A stretch of DNA of 63,320 nucleotides, the filler included, from Cercozoa sp. M6MM (taxonomy: Eukaryota; Protista; Endomyxa: Ascetosporea): assembly GCA_040357565.1 (NCBI GenBank). It is 10 parts of 10 records of this genome, joined end to end, with 100 filler letters (N's around TTAATTAATTAA, not from the genome) between each part and the next. Parts side by side here need not be neighbours in the genome. Positions count along the whole stretch, not along the records: positions 35,563 to 45,566 come from JBDODJ010000460.1; positions 45,667 to 50,568 come from JBDODJ010001026.1; positions 50,669 to 55,132 come from JBDODJ010001134.1; positions 55,233 to 56,968 come from JBDODJ010001937.1; 6 more parts are not named here. One strand, given 5' to 3'. Positions 43,152 to 55,267 of the stretch are shown here, piece by piece (positions within the stretch are counted from its first letter, which is position 1; each line of letters starts with the position of its first letter). Made by a program: the position numbers and the translations under genes. The notes below the pieces were generated by a model that saw only the letters and a program-made list of their open reading frames with translations, did no database searches and was not told the DNA's origin.

Positions 43152-45495
43152 TACTACTCATGGGTTCAATGCACCTTGAAGTCTTTGATCATACGAAACT
43201 TGTACGAACGAAGACCTTGCACGGCGGAGCAGCGACTGTGGTTGGATAGTATATATAACAGAGTGAATGAGGTAGTTTCAAGAGGTACGAGTCAGGTCCA
43301 CTGCGACTAATTGAGTAGCCCCAGGTCGTGAGTTGCAACTCCACTGCCTCGCGTGTAGTTGGACGTCTGTCAAGTCAGACAGAGAATTCTCAGTCAATGC
43401 ACATACTGAGTTTAGAGTACTGTACCCATCGACGAGCCAGCAGCGTGCATTCGCGCCACCTCTCAAGCGACAGTTGGGTACCAAGTCGTCGCTTAGCCTT
43501 CAGAAGTTTAAACATGGCATCATGGGGTCACATGTAGAGTAAATTGCTACGCCGGTAAATATACCTTTGTTCGGTGCCGCTGCTCAGTCCTCGTACGCCA
43601 AGCATAGACAAAGGCATTATTGACGCGAAGCTTTGCAAGGATTGGCTGTGTGATAAACGCGAACGGGGGGCATAGTGTCCTGTCAATATGCTGGGTGAGC
43701 GAGGTGATACCGCGAGATATGTTGGCCAGTTAGAGAGGTCTTAACGGATCGGATCGGCGGGAGCATTGGCTGCACATTCAAGTACCAAGAAAATATGTCA
43801 AATATAGTCTCTTTTCGCAGACTCCCGGAGGAAGAGTCGTGACAGGCTCACTGTAAGTTTACCATTGAAACGGATTCCTTGAACGAGTCATGCGGTGCTG
43901 TTGTGCCAGACGATCTGTTGCCCTTGGGGATGAACGATGTGTCTAGTGACTGCCCAGTTGATTATAAATCATACCCTAGGAACAATGCTTTTAGTTTGAA
44001 AAACTGTAAATTATAAATTTACAGGCACGAGAAATGGAAGCGGAGTGGACAGATCGTTTCCGACGTCTGACTCGATAGAAGAAAACACACCGAGACCGAC
44101 CGGCATTGGCGACATGTCCTACACCATCGGATGACATGATGCAGGGCGGTGATGAACGATGAACTGCTCGGTGGAACAACATACCAAAGTCAGTGGAGTC
44201 GGCGTTGCCGGCAGCAGCGACTGAGTCTTTCCATCAGTCGTGCTTCCCGCTCCTACCATGGACCAGAAGGACCCTGGCAGCGGTGATATCGAATCCATTT
44301 GGTTGAACGCTAGCCCTGCACATCAGCAGATTTCCAGAACAACCATCTCCTTCAGACACTCAGTTTAAATTCGAATATCGGCACCTCTGCTTGAGCAACT
44401 GAACGTTGTGTCTTGCTCTAAAATTAGTTGCAGACCAAAACTAGCAGCAGGGTGTCTTCAATTGCCCTGCGCAGCGTAGTTGCACTACCAACTTTGCACT
44501 ACCTTCGTGTTGAGGAAAGTGCAGGAAACCCGAAACGCAGCACGCCTCGCGCCACAAACTGTAACGGTATGACCTGACCAGAAGACCTATGAGAGAGTCA
44601 TCACAAAAGAAAAAGTCTCTCGCTGCCCGTGTGGCAAACGCATTTTCGGTCATCAGAGGAACGAACTTTTTGAGAGCAAAACACAAACCGTTGTTTTAAA
44701 TTACCGCACGTTCGCACGTGAGTGGTTCAAGCAATGCACGACGCGGCCCAACTGCGTACCGTGTTGGCCCAAGGCGACAAAGCAGCATACTGCACACGGC
44801 GCTAGTGTCCGACGGGATTGGCACGTTGCTTTGCAAAACTGCATGCCGAGTTGCGTCCGGTGTCCGTCTAAATCCGAAACTGATGCCGTATTGGTATATG
44901 TATTGCTACCCAGCGAGTCGATGCTATGGACGAGACCTGATACCGTCTCTTCAGTTCAGCTCGGCGAAGCTAGGTACAGTACATCGTTCGGTTATATTAA
45001 CGGTCCAGCCCCGTCAGCCGCGCGAGCGATTCAGTTCAATAATTTCAAGGCTGGGTATGTATATCGTCTCAATCTGATCCAATCGGATGGGTCCGCTTTT
45101 AAGTTGTCGGGTACGCGATGACGTCACCACACAACTGCGACTTAAACGATACGTACGATCCAACAAATGAAAAAAAGCCGGTGCGATCGCATGTTCATGG
45201 CATCAGATCGATCGCATACGATAAGGTGATTGCAAACAGCGTCGAAATCACTCAGGTTGCACAGCGAAAGCGTCGTCGAGCGTCTGCGATTGTCCGGACA
45301 AGATAGCCCCGAAGACATTGGATCGCGAGCTGCCTCGAACAGAAAAATACAGTCCACGACAAACAAGAACATTAAGCGGATGGAAGGAAAGGTTTGTACA
45401 TAGGCTTCTGCAGCTTGCGCGGGAGGACAGCGACCTTTGGTCCTTGCTTTTCCTCGTCGTCCTTCTCAGCGGTATCTGCAAGATGATAGTCAGCC

Positions 45496-45547
<52 letters not shown>

Positions 45548-46902
45548 CACACACACACACACACAGNNNNNNNNNNNNNNNNNNNNNNNNNNNNNNNNNN
45601 NNNNNNNNNNTTAATTAATTAANNNNNNNNNNNNNNNNNNNNNNNNNNNNNNNNNNNNNNNNNNNNAGCAAGGAACTCGCTGCCGTGTTCTGCTCGTCCT
45701 CTAGTAGCTAGATACAGTACGAACATTCTGACAGTGTCTGGACTGAACTGGACTGGACAGGCCAAGCAAGGTTGGGCTAAGCATTCAAAAGTGATTTGAA
45801 AGCACTCCTATAAATTTAAATAAATTTGACTCGAGCTGCGTCAAAGTACGCGAAACGAGTGCAGCTACTAGTGCAATTGGACTCCGGAGAGTGCACAAAC
45901 AGACGCTCTTAACCAGCAGTGTCAAGACAATTTTGTCCAGTAAGTTTAGTTTCAACGTCGTGCGTTCGTGTGGATTCCGTGAATTCGAACAGTTGGACTG
46001 CAGTAGGCAGCGACAGCGCTGACGACTCGAGCACCCGACAGCCAAAGTGAAGATTCGGACGTCACGCGATACACATTACAGTAAGTAAGCCATCATGCGA
46101 ATCACGCGATGCGATGTCTTGCATCAAAACACAAAAAATATGTGTCATCTCACGCGAGCGCGATTAGAGGTTTAGGAAGCTTTATGACAAAGAAAATACC
46201 GTTGCCAGGTCATGATTGTGCTCAAAAGGTCACTAGTCACCTTGTGGGTGAAGAAACGTCCGGGCGGCAGACTTTTTTGCAAGTCTCGATTTTTGCTCCT
46301 GCTCGAGGGCTTGTCGGAAGGTGTCACGTGGGTTTTGTGAGTTTCCGAGCCACTGCTGCGCCCAACTGACGTCTAATCTATGCACTGTCGTTGCAGTGAG
46401 CCTGGACCTATGTGGCGTGGCGGGCTCTGCGTCACCGTGTTGGTAGTATACCACGCTGACACCCAACGAAATTGTGATTTGTGCTGGTTTTTGTGGCAAA
46501 AATTGAGTGCACGGCACGCGATTTGGACGATTTGAACAAAAAATCCACAAGACTCTCACCACACACACATTGTAGGTTAGACTTGTACAAGAACAAGCGA
46601 GATAAAGCAAGAGAAGTGCCTGGAGCACTAAGAAGACAGAGTTGTGAGCTTTGGGATGGTATGTTTTTCTGTCTTGGCGTAGACTTGAACTGTCTCTGGT
46701 GTCAGAATGCACTGTGGGAGTGCTTTGGTGCTGTTGCGAGTGCCGTGTCATCGTGTTTTTTGCGCGGAGCTTGAGTATCTTTTTGTTTTTGTTTTGTTTT
46801 GTTTTTGTTTTCTGTTGTTGTGTTTGGTTTTGTGTTCTTGTCGGCAACTCGGCATGCCTGGGAGATGTATTGTATTTCATTGCTCATTGTGCGAGTGTGC
46901 AG

Positions 46903-47376
46903 ACTGTCCTGAGCAAATTCATTGGGTGCATGCGTGCGCCCCATCGCAAGGAAGAAGAACCGCGGCAAGAGTTGCAGTTGCCGCAAGAGTCGCCGGCGAC
47001 ACAAGCAGCCGGGTGCGAGCACGAGCGCCACTTGCTGGAACTGCTCGGAAGCGACGAGGCAGCCCGCGAGTGCGTGCGCTTGCAGCTGCAGCGTCAACAG
47101 AAGCGCGGCGTGTCGTTCCGCGTCTGCTGGGAGCGTCGCCAGCAGCGGCAGCGCCGACTGGCGGCAGTTCAACAGACGCATCGCGATCTCGTGGCGCAAC
47201 AGGCGCGCAAGATCGACGTGTGGTCGGTGTCCCGCCTGGTCGCTCGCGTGCACTTCGCGATCGGCCTCTTCCTGGAGAAGGAGTTGCGCCGTGCCATCGC
47301 CATTCGCTCGAGCAGCGCGCAGCCGTGTTCGATCGAGGCGCGTCGCGGCTCGCGTCGTCGTCGTCGTCGTCGTTGA
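46903..47376 (+). CDS. Hypothetical protein, probable last exon
   Basis: GC-rich open frame after an AG acceptor (ERHLLELLGSDEAARECVRLQLQ..). No family recognised. Confidence 0.3.
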   Translation, partial: TVLSKFIGCMRAPHRKEEEPRQELQLPQESPATQAAGCEHERHLLELLGSDEAARECVRLQLQRQQKRGVSFRVCWERRQQRQRRLAAVQQTHRDLVAQQARKIDVWSVSRLVARVHFAIGLFLEKELRRAIAIRSSSAQPCSIEARRGSRRRRRRR

Positions 47377-48308
47377 TCGCCATGCATGTTTGTTTGGCCT
47401 GCCTGACGACACAACAAAAACAAGAAAGAAAAAGGTGTCCACTGAGCCTGCGCACGACGAGTACAGTACAGTACTTCTGTACTCCAACACTGTAGGTTTC
47501 TGGTGTATTTGTACACCACCTTCCGTTCGATTCTCTTAGAGGATACATACGTTTAAAAAACAAAATGTTATCCTCGTTCGTGTTGTGCGACGACTGCTGC
47601 AGCGCTTGCCGCATTTGTGTTGAAGTCTGGGGGGTCTAGCACATTCAAGAGGCGCAATGTGCTTGATGCGCACGTGCTCGCAGAACGTGACAGATACCCA
47701 CGCCCAGACTGCTGCCAAGAAGGCCACCACGGCGACGTGTTCGACGTTATTGTGCGCACTCGGCGTGTTTGCTGTGCTTTCTTTGTCATCATGGCGTGCG
47801 CTGTGAACTTTCATGCAGATGCTCATGGCAACGGTTGCAGCCGACAGCACGAGTTGCGTCTGAACGGACAGATACAAGCATAGCACATCTCTGTGTAGTA
47901 TTTGCAAAGCTACAAAGCAACTTCAAGATACTCAAGATACTGTAAGTTTACTGCAAGATCTAGACTGGGGATACCCAAAAGAAAGGACTCCGATTGAGGC
48001 AGGCTTCCGCAGCGCTGCATTATATGGCTCGCACCTCGAGTACTCGCTGCGTGACGGAAGCCAACCAGTGTCGTGTGAAGACGTTGAAGGACAGAGTCAC
48101 CACCAGTGCTCAAAGCGTGTTTATGCTTGGACAATGAAACCAACCTGGTGTGCGGCGGACTGGACGAAGTCGAGTATCGAGTACAGTAACGAGTTACGTT
48201 AAAGCAAAGGCTCTGGTCAGTCGGAAGCATCGTTGTCACTAGCACTCGCACTAGCACTCTGACTGGTCGGCGTTGAAGTGCCGGTTTTGGTGATGGCCTG
48301 CTGTGCCT

Positions 48309-50568
48309 TCACTTTGGCACTACGCGGCCGGCGCGCCTTTGTGATACAGTTGGGGTAGGTAAGGGAGGTAGGGGGTAGAGAGGGTTAAAGGGAGGGGGGA
48401 GGGGTAAGTACAGCAGCAAGGTCGGTCCAGTCGCGAGTGAATCGCGGCAGTTTGACAGGCACGGCGATGGCGCGGTTTCTGACTTGCAGCAGCAGGTCAC
48501 TCGGCCATGCCTGCTGGTCCTGCAGCAGCAGCTGCACTCTCTGCGGCTGCAGCATGGGTAAACAGGGGGGTAAACAGGGGGGTAACCAGGGGGGTAAACA
48601 GGGGGTAACAACGCACCTTGTTGAACTTGACGCCTTTGGGAACATTGAGCGAACGCAGCTGCAAAAGTCGGTTGATCATTTTGAGGTTCAAGCGGTTCAG
48701 TTCCTCGCGGCTCGGCGTTTCTTGTTGCGTTTCTTGCATTGGCGTTTCTTGTTGCGTTTCTTGCCGTTGCTGTTTTTCTTGCTGTTTTTCTTGTTGAGGC
48801 AGAGGACCGATGTGCACAGAGACGCGTTTCGTTTGTTTAGCTTCGAGTTTCGCTTGTTTAGCTTCGAGTTTCGCTTGTTTAGCTTCGAGTTTCGTTTCTT
48901 TCGCTTCGAGTTTCGCTTCGTCAGCTTTTTCCAGTTCGAAGCTTTCGCTCAGAGCGACGAGATCCTGAATCGCAGCATCTGCTTCGACTTGCTGCTTTCG
49001 CTTTTGCTCTGCTTCTTCTGCTTCTTCTGCTTCGCGTCGCTTTCGCTCTGCTTCGGTTGCTTCGTGTCGCTTTCGCTCTGCTTCAGCTTTTTCGCGAAGC
49101 TGTTGCTCTGTTTCTTCAGTTTCGCGACGTTTCCGCTCTTCTTCAACTGCTTCGCGTTGCTTTCGCTCTTCTTCTTCGCGAAGTTTTCGCTCTGCTTCTT
49201 CGCGAAGCTTTCGCTTTTCTTCTTCGCGAAGCTTTCGCTCTGCTTCTTCGCGAAGCTTTCGCTTTTCTTCTTCGCGAAGCTTTCGCTTTTCTTCTTCGCG
49301 TTGCTTTGCTTCGAGTTGCTTTCGCTCTGCTTCGCTCTGCTTTCTCTTTTGTTCGCGAAGCTTTCGCTCTTCTTCGCGTCGCTTTTCGTCTTGGAGTTGT
49401 TTCTGCAGGAGTGCGACTTGCTCGGCCTGGTATTCGCTGTTGAGTTTCGCTTCGTCGCGCTTCGACTTGAGTCGCTTCGCTTCGGCGACGCGACGCTTCT
49501 TCTATCCGGAGGGAGGTAAAGGGGGAGTGTAAGGGGTAAAGGGGGAAAGGGGTAAAGGGGGCACCAGCAGAGGTTCGTCGTCGGAATCGTCTGAAGAATC
49601 AGAGTCGATTTTTGTTGTTTTTTCCGTTGTTGTTTTCTCTGTTGTTGTTGTTTTTGTTGCTGTTTTTGTTGTTGTTTCCTCCGTTGTTGTTGGTTTTTCA
49701 GTTGTTGGTTTTTCAGTTGTTGTTTTTTCCGGTGTTGTTGTTTTCGATGTCACCGTCACTTCCGCTGCTGTGGAGGAGGGTAAGAGAGGGGGGTAAACAG
49801 GGATGCAAAACCGCAGCTACACTCAGTGGCTTTCGCAACGCGTCTGCGTCGTTTCACAACGCGTTTCAACGAGCGCTCCTCCTTCGCCTGGGGTCGGGGG
49901 GGGGGGTAAAGGGAGCAAAGGGGGTAAACCGGGTGAACCTCCTCAGGCGGAGCGACGGAGAGTCCGTGTCGATGCAGACGCGACTCCACGTGTCGCAGCA
50001 GCTCCTCCGTCTGCTTCACCTTGTGTGCTACGCGCGGATGCAGCAAAATATTTTTTAAGTCCGCGCGGATGCCGGAAAATAGAAAAAAGTCCACGCGGAT
50101 GTCAGAAAATAGAAAAAAACGTCCGAGCGGATGTCGGAAATTTCCAAAACCTCCGCGGGGATGAGGAAAAACACGTCCGCGCGGATGTGGGAAAATACAA
50201 GGGGGGTAAAACAGCACTACGCAGTCGGCGAGAGCGGAAAGCTTGAATCTGCTCGAGCAGCAGAAGTCGCCGCAACTGCAGCTGCGACGGTTCCGCGAAC
50301 TCGCGTTTCTCGAAGCGACGCAGTACCTTGACACACTGACCGGACAACAACCTTGTTTGACCCAACAACAACCCTGTAGGGCACGTGAGCTACCTCAGTG
50401 GCACGATGCGACATCGCCAACTGCATCGCCGTCTGCCGGTCTGTCGGGGGGGGGGGGGAAACGGGGTAGATGGGTAGGGGGTAAGACTACCAAAATCCAC
50501 GGTGCGAATCATCGGATCGGCGCCCAGTTCCAGCAGTCTCTGCACTCGCTCTGCCAGGAGAGAGGGGT
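48309..50568 (-). CDS. Ankyrin-repeat + long charged coiled-coil protein, 5' partial, 3' end uncertain
   Basis: VQRLLELGADPMIRTV|..RQTAMQLAMSHRATEVAHV (ankyrin-like), plus E/K/R repeats RKLREEEKRKLREEAE and AKLEAKQ at about 48830-49500. Confidence 0.55.
50029..50200. repeat. Intronic minisatellite, about 6 degenerate 24-32 bp units with palindromic core TCCGCGCGGA
   Basis: Units include gtccgcgcggatgccggaaaatagaaaaaa, gtccacgcggatgtcagaaaatag.., gtccgagcggatgtcggaaa.. and gtccgcgcggatgtgggaaaa. Confidence 0.8.
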
Positions 50569-50668
50569 NNNNNNNNNNNNNNNNNNNNNNNNNNNNNNNN
50601 NNNNNNNNNNNNTTAATTAATTAANNNNNNNNNNNNNNNNNNNNNNNNNNNNNNNNNNNNNNNNNNNN

Positions 50669-51323
50669 TGTGCAGTGGCTGAAGCAGGACGGAGCGGTGA
50701 TAGATAAACTGCAGGTATACATGCATGTCTTCGCACTTGTCGGCACTATTTCGATGGGTGTGTATTTGCACAGGGCGAAATGGAAGCCAACCGTGTGGCC
50801 GTTCTGGTATACCCTGCCGTACTCCTTCTTTTTGATACGCTTGTTGAGTCTGCTTTGAACACAGCTGTTGTTATTAAACGAGCAACTTGATGAGTGCTTG
50901 GACGAAATGCGACCACCTCCGTACTTGCGACGGTACCTCATTCACATTCGTGCATACACATTCATGTCGTAGTAATCCTTCATTGATGTCTTAAAATGTA
51001 ACTTAGAACACCGGCCCATATGCGAAGAACGTTGCACCCATGCATGCAGTTTGAATACAAGTAAACTTAACGTTTACCCAGAAGAGTTACTGGACTACAG
51101 AGTACTCAACTCTATGTGCAGATGGCTCCAGCGATTTGCGGAAGAGTTGTCGCAAGTCCGCTGGCCGGCGTGGTCGGATAGGTACAGTACCTTTCCTGTG
51201 CGTGTCCCTTCATTTAAGGTCTGTCCCAGAACAACGACGGAAAAGGAAGAGGTTATCCAAAGGAGTCAACGCGTCATGCGGCAGGTGCGGCGAGAGATCA
51301 CGGATATCCTGTCGGTCGAATAG
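50669..51323 (+). CDS. 3' exons of a hypothetical protein
   Basis: Short GT-AG-bounded exons ending ..QVRREITDILSVE*. Confidence 0.35.
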
Positions 51324-51636
51324 GAAACTTGAACTGAAGGGGTCACGCTGTGCGTACTGCGCTGATACGACAGTTGCAGCCGAGTTTCTTCCGTTCGTTT
51401 TTTGATTTATTTTTACTACAACTATGGCGTTTCTACGGCGCAACATATATTTAGTGCGCAACGACAGCGCGAGTTTCACTGCGCAAGTGCGCCGACACCA
51501 TTTGAAAGCACTCTACACGTACTCACAGCATACGTAACTAGCTATCCGTTCATAGGTGCCCACTATTATTGGCGCCACTTGCAAGTGATTTGCGCTGCGT
51601 CACATCCTACGACAACTTCTCTCACGAACCAAAAAA

Positions 51637-53090
51637 ATGAAAGTCATCTTGAACGCTCTTTTGCTCGCCGGCGCCTCTGTGACGGCCATGCCGACCGTGG
51701 ACATGTGTGCTTTGGATGGGTACGGCATGCCAGCATCGCTACCGGTATCGGACGAGAACCACGTGACTGGGGAGGGCGTGCTTGACCCTCGTCTCGCCAG
51801 TCACGAGCTCGCCCTGACGATCGACGACGGGCCTTTCCCGGTGCTTTATCTTTCGTATTGCAGTACGCTTGTACCGTCACAGTTTTCTCCTTTCGTGGCA
51901 GTGGAACACAAACACGGTAGACATGCTCAATGTGCTGCTGCAAAACGACGTCAAGGCGACCTTCTTCGTCATAGGCACCTACGTCGAGGAGCGCCCGGAT
52001 CTCTTGCAGATGATAGTGGATGCCGGGCACGAAGTCGCCGTGCACACCTTCTCGCACAGGGACATGACGATGCTGAATGAGACTGCGCGAGCAGAGGAAA
52101 TTCAGAACACGCTGGTACCGCACATACTGTTGCAACAGTTCATTAGTGTTGATACTGTACGGCATACGGCATGGTATAGGACGCCATTGACGCAGCGCTG
52201 CCGGGTTACCAGCCGAGATACTGGAGACCTCCGTACGGCGCCACTTCCGACGCCATTCGCGACGAGGTGCTCGCCAAATTCGGTCTGGCGCAGGCATTGT
52301 GGACTCTCGACACTGAGGACTGTAAGTTTAAAACCCTGAGCTCTTACTTTAGTACTGTAGACTTCATTTAAGTTTATTGTGGACCGGTGTTGTAGGGAAA
52401 TTTGAGAATACGGTCACAGAGATAGAGGCTACGTTGCTGCAGGGAGCTGGGCACATCGTGCTCCTTCACGACGGCGCGCAAAAGTGCGTTTTCTGTCTAT
52501 ACTGTATCGGTAGTTTTGCCCTGTAAGTTTACTGTTACTGTATGTGTGTGTGTGTGTGCGCCTAGCTCGGACCAATCGGTGCTGGCCGTGCAGAAGGCGT
52601 TACCCGAGTTGCTGGCGCAAGGCGCGGAGCTAAAAACCATGTCGCAGCTCGACCTGCAAGCCAGTGGATGCACAGACGTCGTTGATCCAGACGACGACGG
52701 CGACGCTGTCGACAATACCGACAATGACTGCGACGGTGTGGATGATGACTGCGATATCGCAGACGACGGAGACGACACTCCGGCGCGGAAGAGACGCCGT
52801 CATTTGCGTCGCTTGCGTCGCAAGCTCCGCCGACTGCGACATCGCGCTCACCGCCGTAATTTCAGTTTACTGCGCATGTTGGGGTTTAGATTTTCTACAT
52901 TGTGCCTACAGGACGACACCGCCGGGCCCGTCGTGCCGCTTCGCGTCTGCCCGAATCGAATGTTTCGGATTCCTTGGACTCCGATTCGTCTGAATTGAAG
53001 TCGCACAAGTCGCACAAGTCGTCGAAGTCGTCAGGGTCAGACAAGTCGAACAAATCGCACCAGAGCGACATGTCGGACGATTACTACTGA
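51637..53090 (+). CDS. Secreted CE4/NodB polysaccharide deacetylase (peptidoglycan GlcNAc or chitin deacetylase type) with acidic Cys motif and Arg-rich tail
   Basis: Signal peptide plus all five CE4 motifs: LTIDDGP, HTFSH, WRPPYG, DTED|W and IVLLHD. Confidence 0.9.
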
Positions 53091-54991
53091 ACCTCGACTC
53101 TACTTAAATTTACAGTGCCAACGAGCACCACACATGATACTGCACTTTACTGGGTTACAGTTGTATACTGGCACAGCAACCGGACTGGCGACGCCTCCCC
53201 GAAGACCCTGAACCTGACCGGACCGGATCGGGACTGCATCGCATGTGCACAGCGCTGTCACTGGCAAAAATAAATACTAGTGTAACCAACACAAATTCTA
53301 ACTGCAGCTGTGTTACTGACGCCTCGAGAACCGGTTTTGAGTAATTTACTCGAATTACTCTGGCCTTTTTGAGCACTAAACGCACTCTAACCTACCGAAA
53401 TGGTGCCCACAGTTAATTACCCACAGGATGCACGCCTTGAAATTCTCTAAGCACTCGTGCACTTCGACAATGAAAAATTACTCGCTTGGTATAAATTTTT
53501 GGGCTGGAGTAATGTCAGTAATGTGAGTAATGTGAGTAACTGGCTTGGATACTCCGCGATCCCGAGACTTTGGTTAACCAGAAAAAGATATTTGTATAGC
53601 TCGTTTAACTCAATGTGGGAATTCTCTCAAACTGAAAAAAACTACGTGCACACTACTGCACTTAGTAGGGTACCTGAAAAACTCTCTTTACTAGGATTTG
53701 GTTGTTTCGCTGGCAGCTGTTAAAAAAATAAAGATCTCGAACGTTGCAGCCTGCACTAACTTTACATATCATACGAGTGTACAGTGCTGTGGTTTCATGC
53801 GTGCTGCTGTTCCGTGAGCCAGTTTTCAAAAGCTGTTCGGCTGCACTGGGCCCTCAGTGCCAGGCGGTACTGGTAGGTACGGAAGTGGCCGTTTGGAGAG
53901 TCGAAAGGGTTGCAGCGGGCACTTGGTGCGAATTTTTGTGCTGTATTTATTTCTTTGTTGTTTTTTGTCTTTTTGTTTCATATGTGCATTATGTTGCTTT
54001 GTGTTTCTAGAAGCAGGCGTTTAAAAGAAGAAATGTATTGCAAGTATGGCATCCTACGGCACGAGGTAGAGGTCTATAGACCTGGGGTAAAGTCTGCGTC
54101 CTCTGTCGGTGCGAGGTGATACCGAGGTGATACCTGTCGGAAAGAGGCCGTGTGCTGTCCTTACGCACAAGGTTTCTTTCATGCGTCGACGCAACCGGAC
54201 ACTGACGGATGGAGCGACTTCGCTGGGTATTCGTGTTGTTAAATCCCTTCTTTTTCTCCTGTCCTGCCTAACGATACTAAACAGCGTTTGCGGTGACTCT
54301 GCGATGCTTTCGCAGCTGTCGGCGAAGTACCCCGACTACGCCGACGACAATTCGCTGGTGTGTTTCCTTTAAAAGAACCTCTTAATCTCCATGATGTTTC
54401 TTCGTCAAGACAGGTGAACGACATCATGGAGCAACCGTCGGCTCTGATGCTGCGGGCGGCCAGCGGCCGCAACAAGAAGACCCACGGCTCCTGCGCCCGC
54501 CCGTATCGTGACCTACAGACGCCAGGTGTTTCGAAAAGCAAGTTGCAGCGCGCTCTCCCAGTGGTCTTCGGCGTCATTCTGTAGCTTTAATCACTTCATT
54601 GCCTTCGTATTCGTTTCCGACCTTTCTCATGCACAGTCGAGACGCAAGTCGCTTGTCGACGCACTTACAAGGACTTCTTCTTGCTGCCGCCGTTACATTC
54701 GGCTCTCCGTCTCGTCAAGACAGTGACATTAATTCTGTTTCGGGGGCTTTGGTATTTGACGTCCCTATTCCGTGATGGTGCTGTCCTAGTGTTGCATATA
54801 TTTTGTTCTTCAGCGTGCCTCGTACGACAAGTGGCTTGTCGTGCTGCAACCCGAACAGTTGGTTTCAGCCTGATCTCTCGCTTGGGGAATCGTCGTCTGT
54901 CGAAATGTGTCGTGCGCGTGACGTTGGCCATGCTTGGTATCGGGCCTGTTTGTCGTGTCACAACGCAAGTTCTCTTCTGCCGGTCCAGAAG

Positions 54992-55132
54992 CCGAGTAAC
55001 TCGAGTAATTTATTGGGTAACTCGAGTAATTTATCGGGTAACTCGAGTAATTTGTGAGTAACTTGAGTAATAATCAGAGTAATCTGAGTACTAGCTTGGT
55101 AACTCGAGTAATTCGTTGAGTAACTCGAGTAA
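54992..55132. repeat. About 21-bp tandem repeat (G[G/A]GTAACTCGAGTAATT..) x about 7 at contig end; related GAGTAA clusters at about 27893-27915 and 53336-53541
   Basis: Directly visible. Confidence 0.85.
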
Positions 55133-55267
55133 NNNNNNNNNNNNNNNNNNNNNNNNNNNNNNNNNNNNNNNNNNNNTTAATTAATTAANNNNNNNNNNNN
55201 NNNNNNNNNNNNNNNNNNNNNNNNNNNNNNNNACAGGGGGGGGGTAAACAGGGGTGTAAGGGGATAC

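Noticed and set aside
48437-49519. 360-aa F/L/S-rich membrane-like ORF on +
   Set aside because: Antisense of the E/K/R coiled-coil exon on the minus strand.
50029-50200. Palindromic repeats with spacers as a CRISPR array
   Set aside because: Degenerate units, short similar A-rich spacers, eukaryotic intron context and no cas genes.
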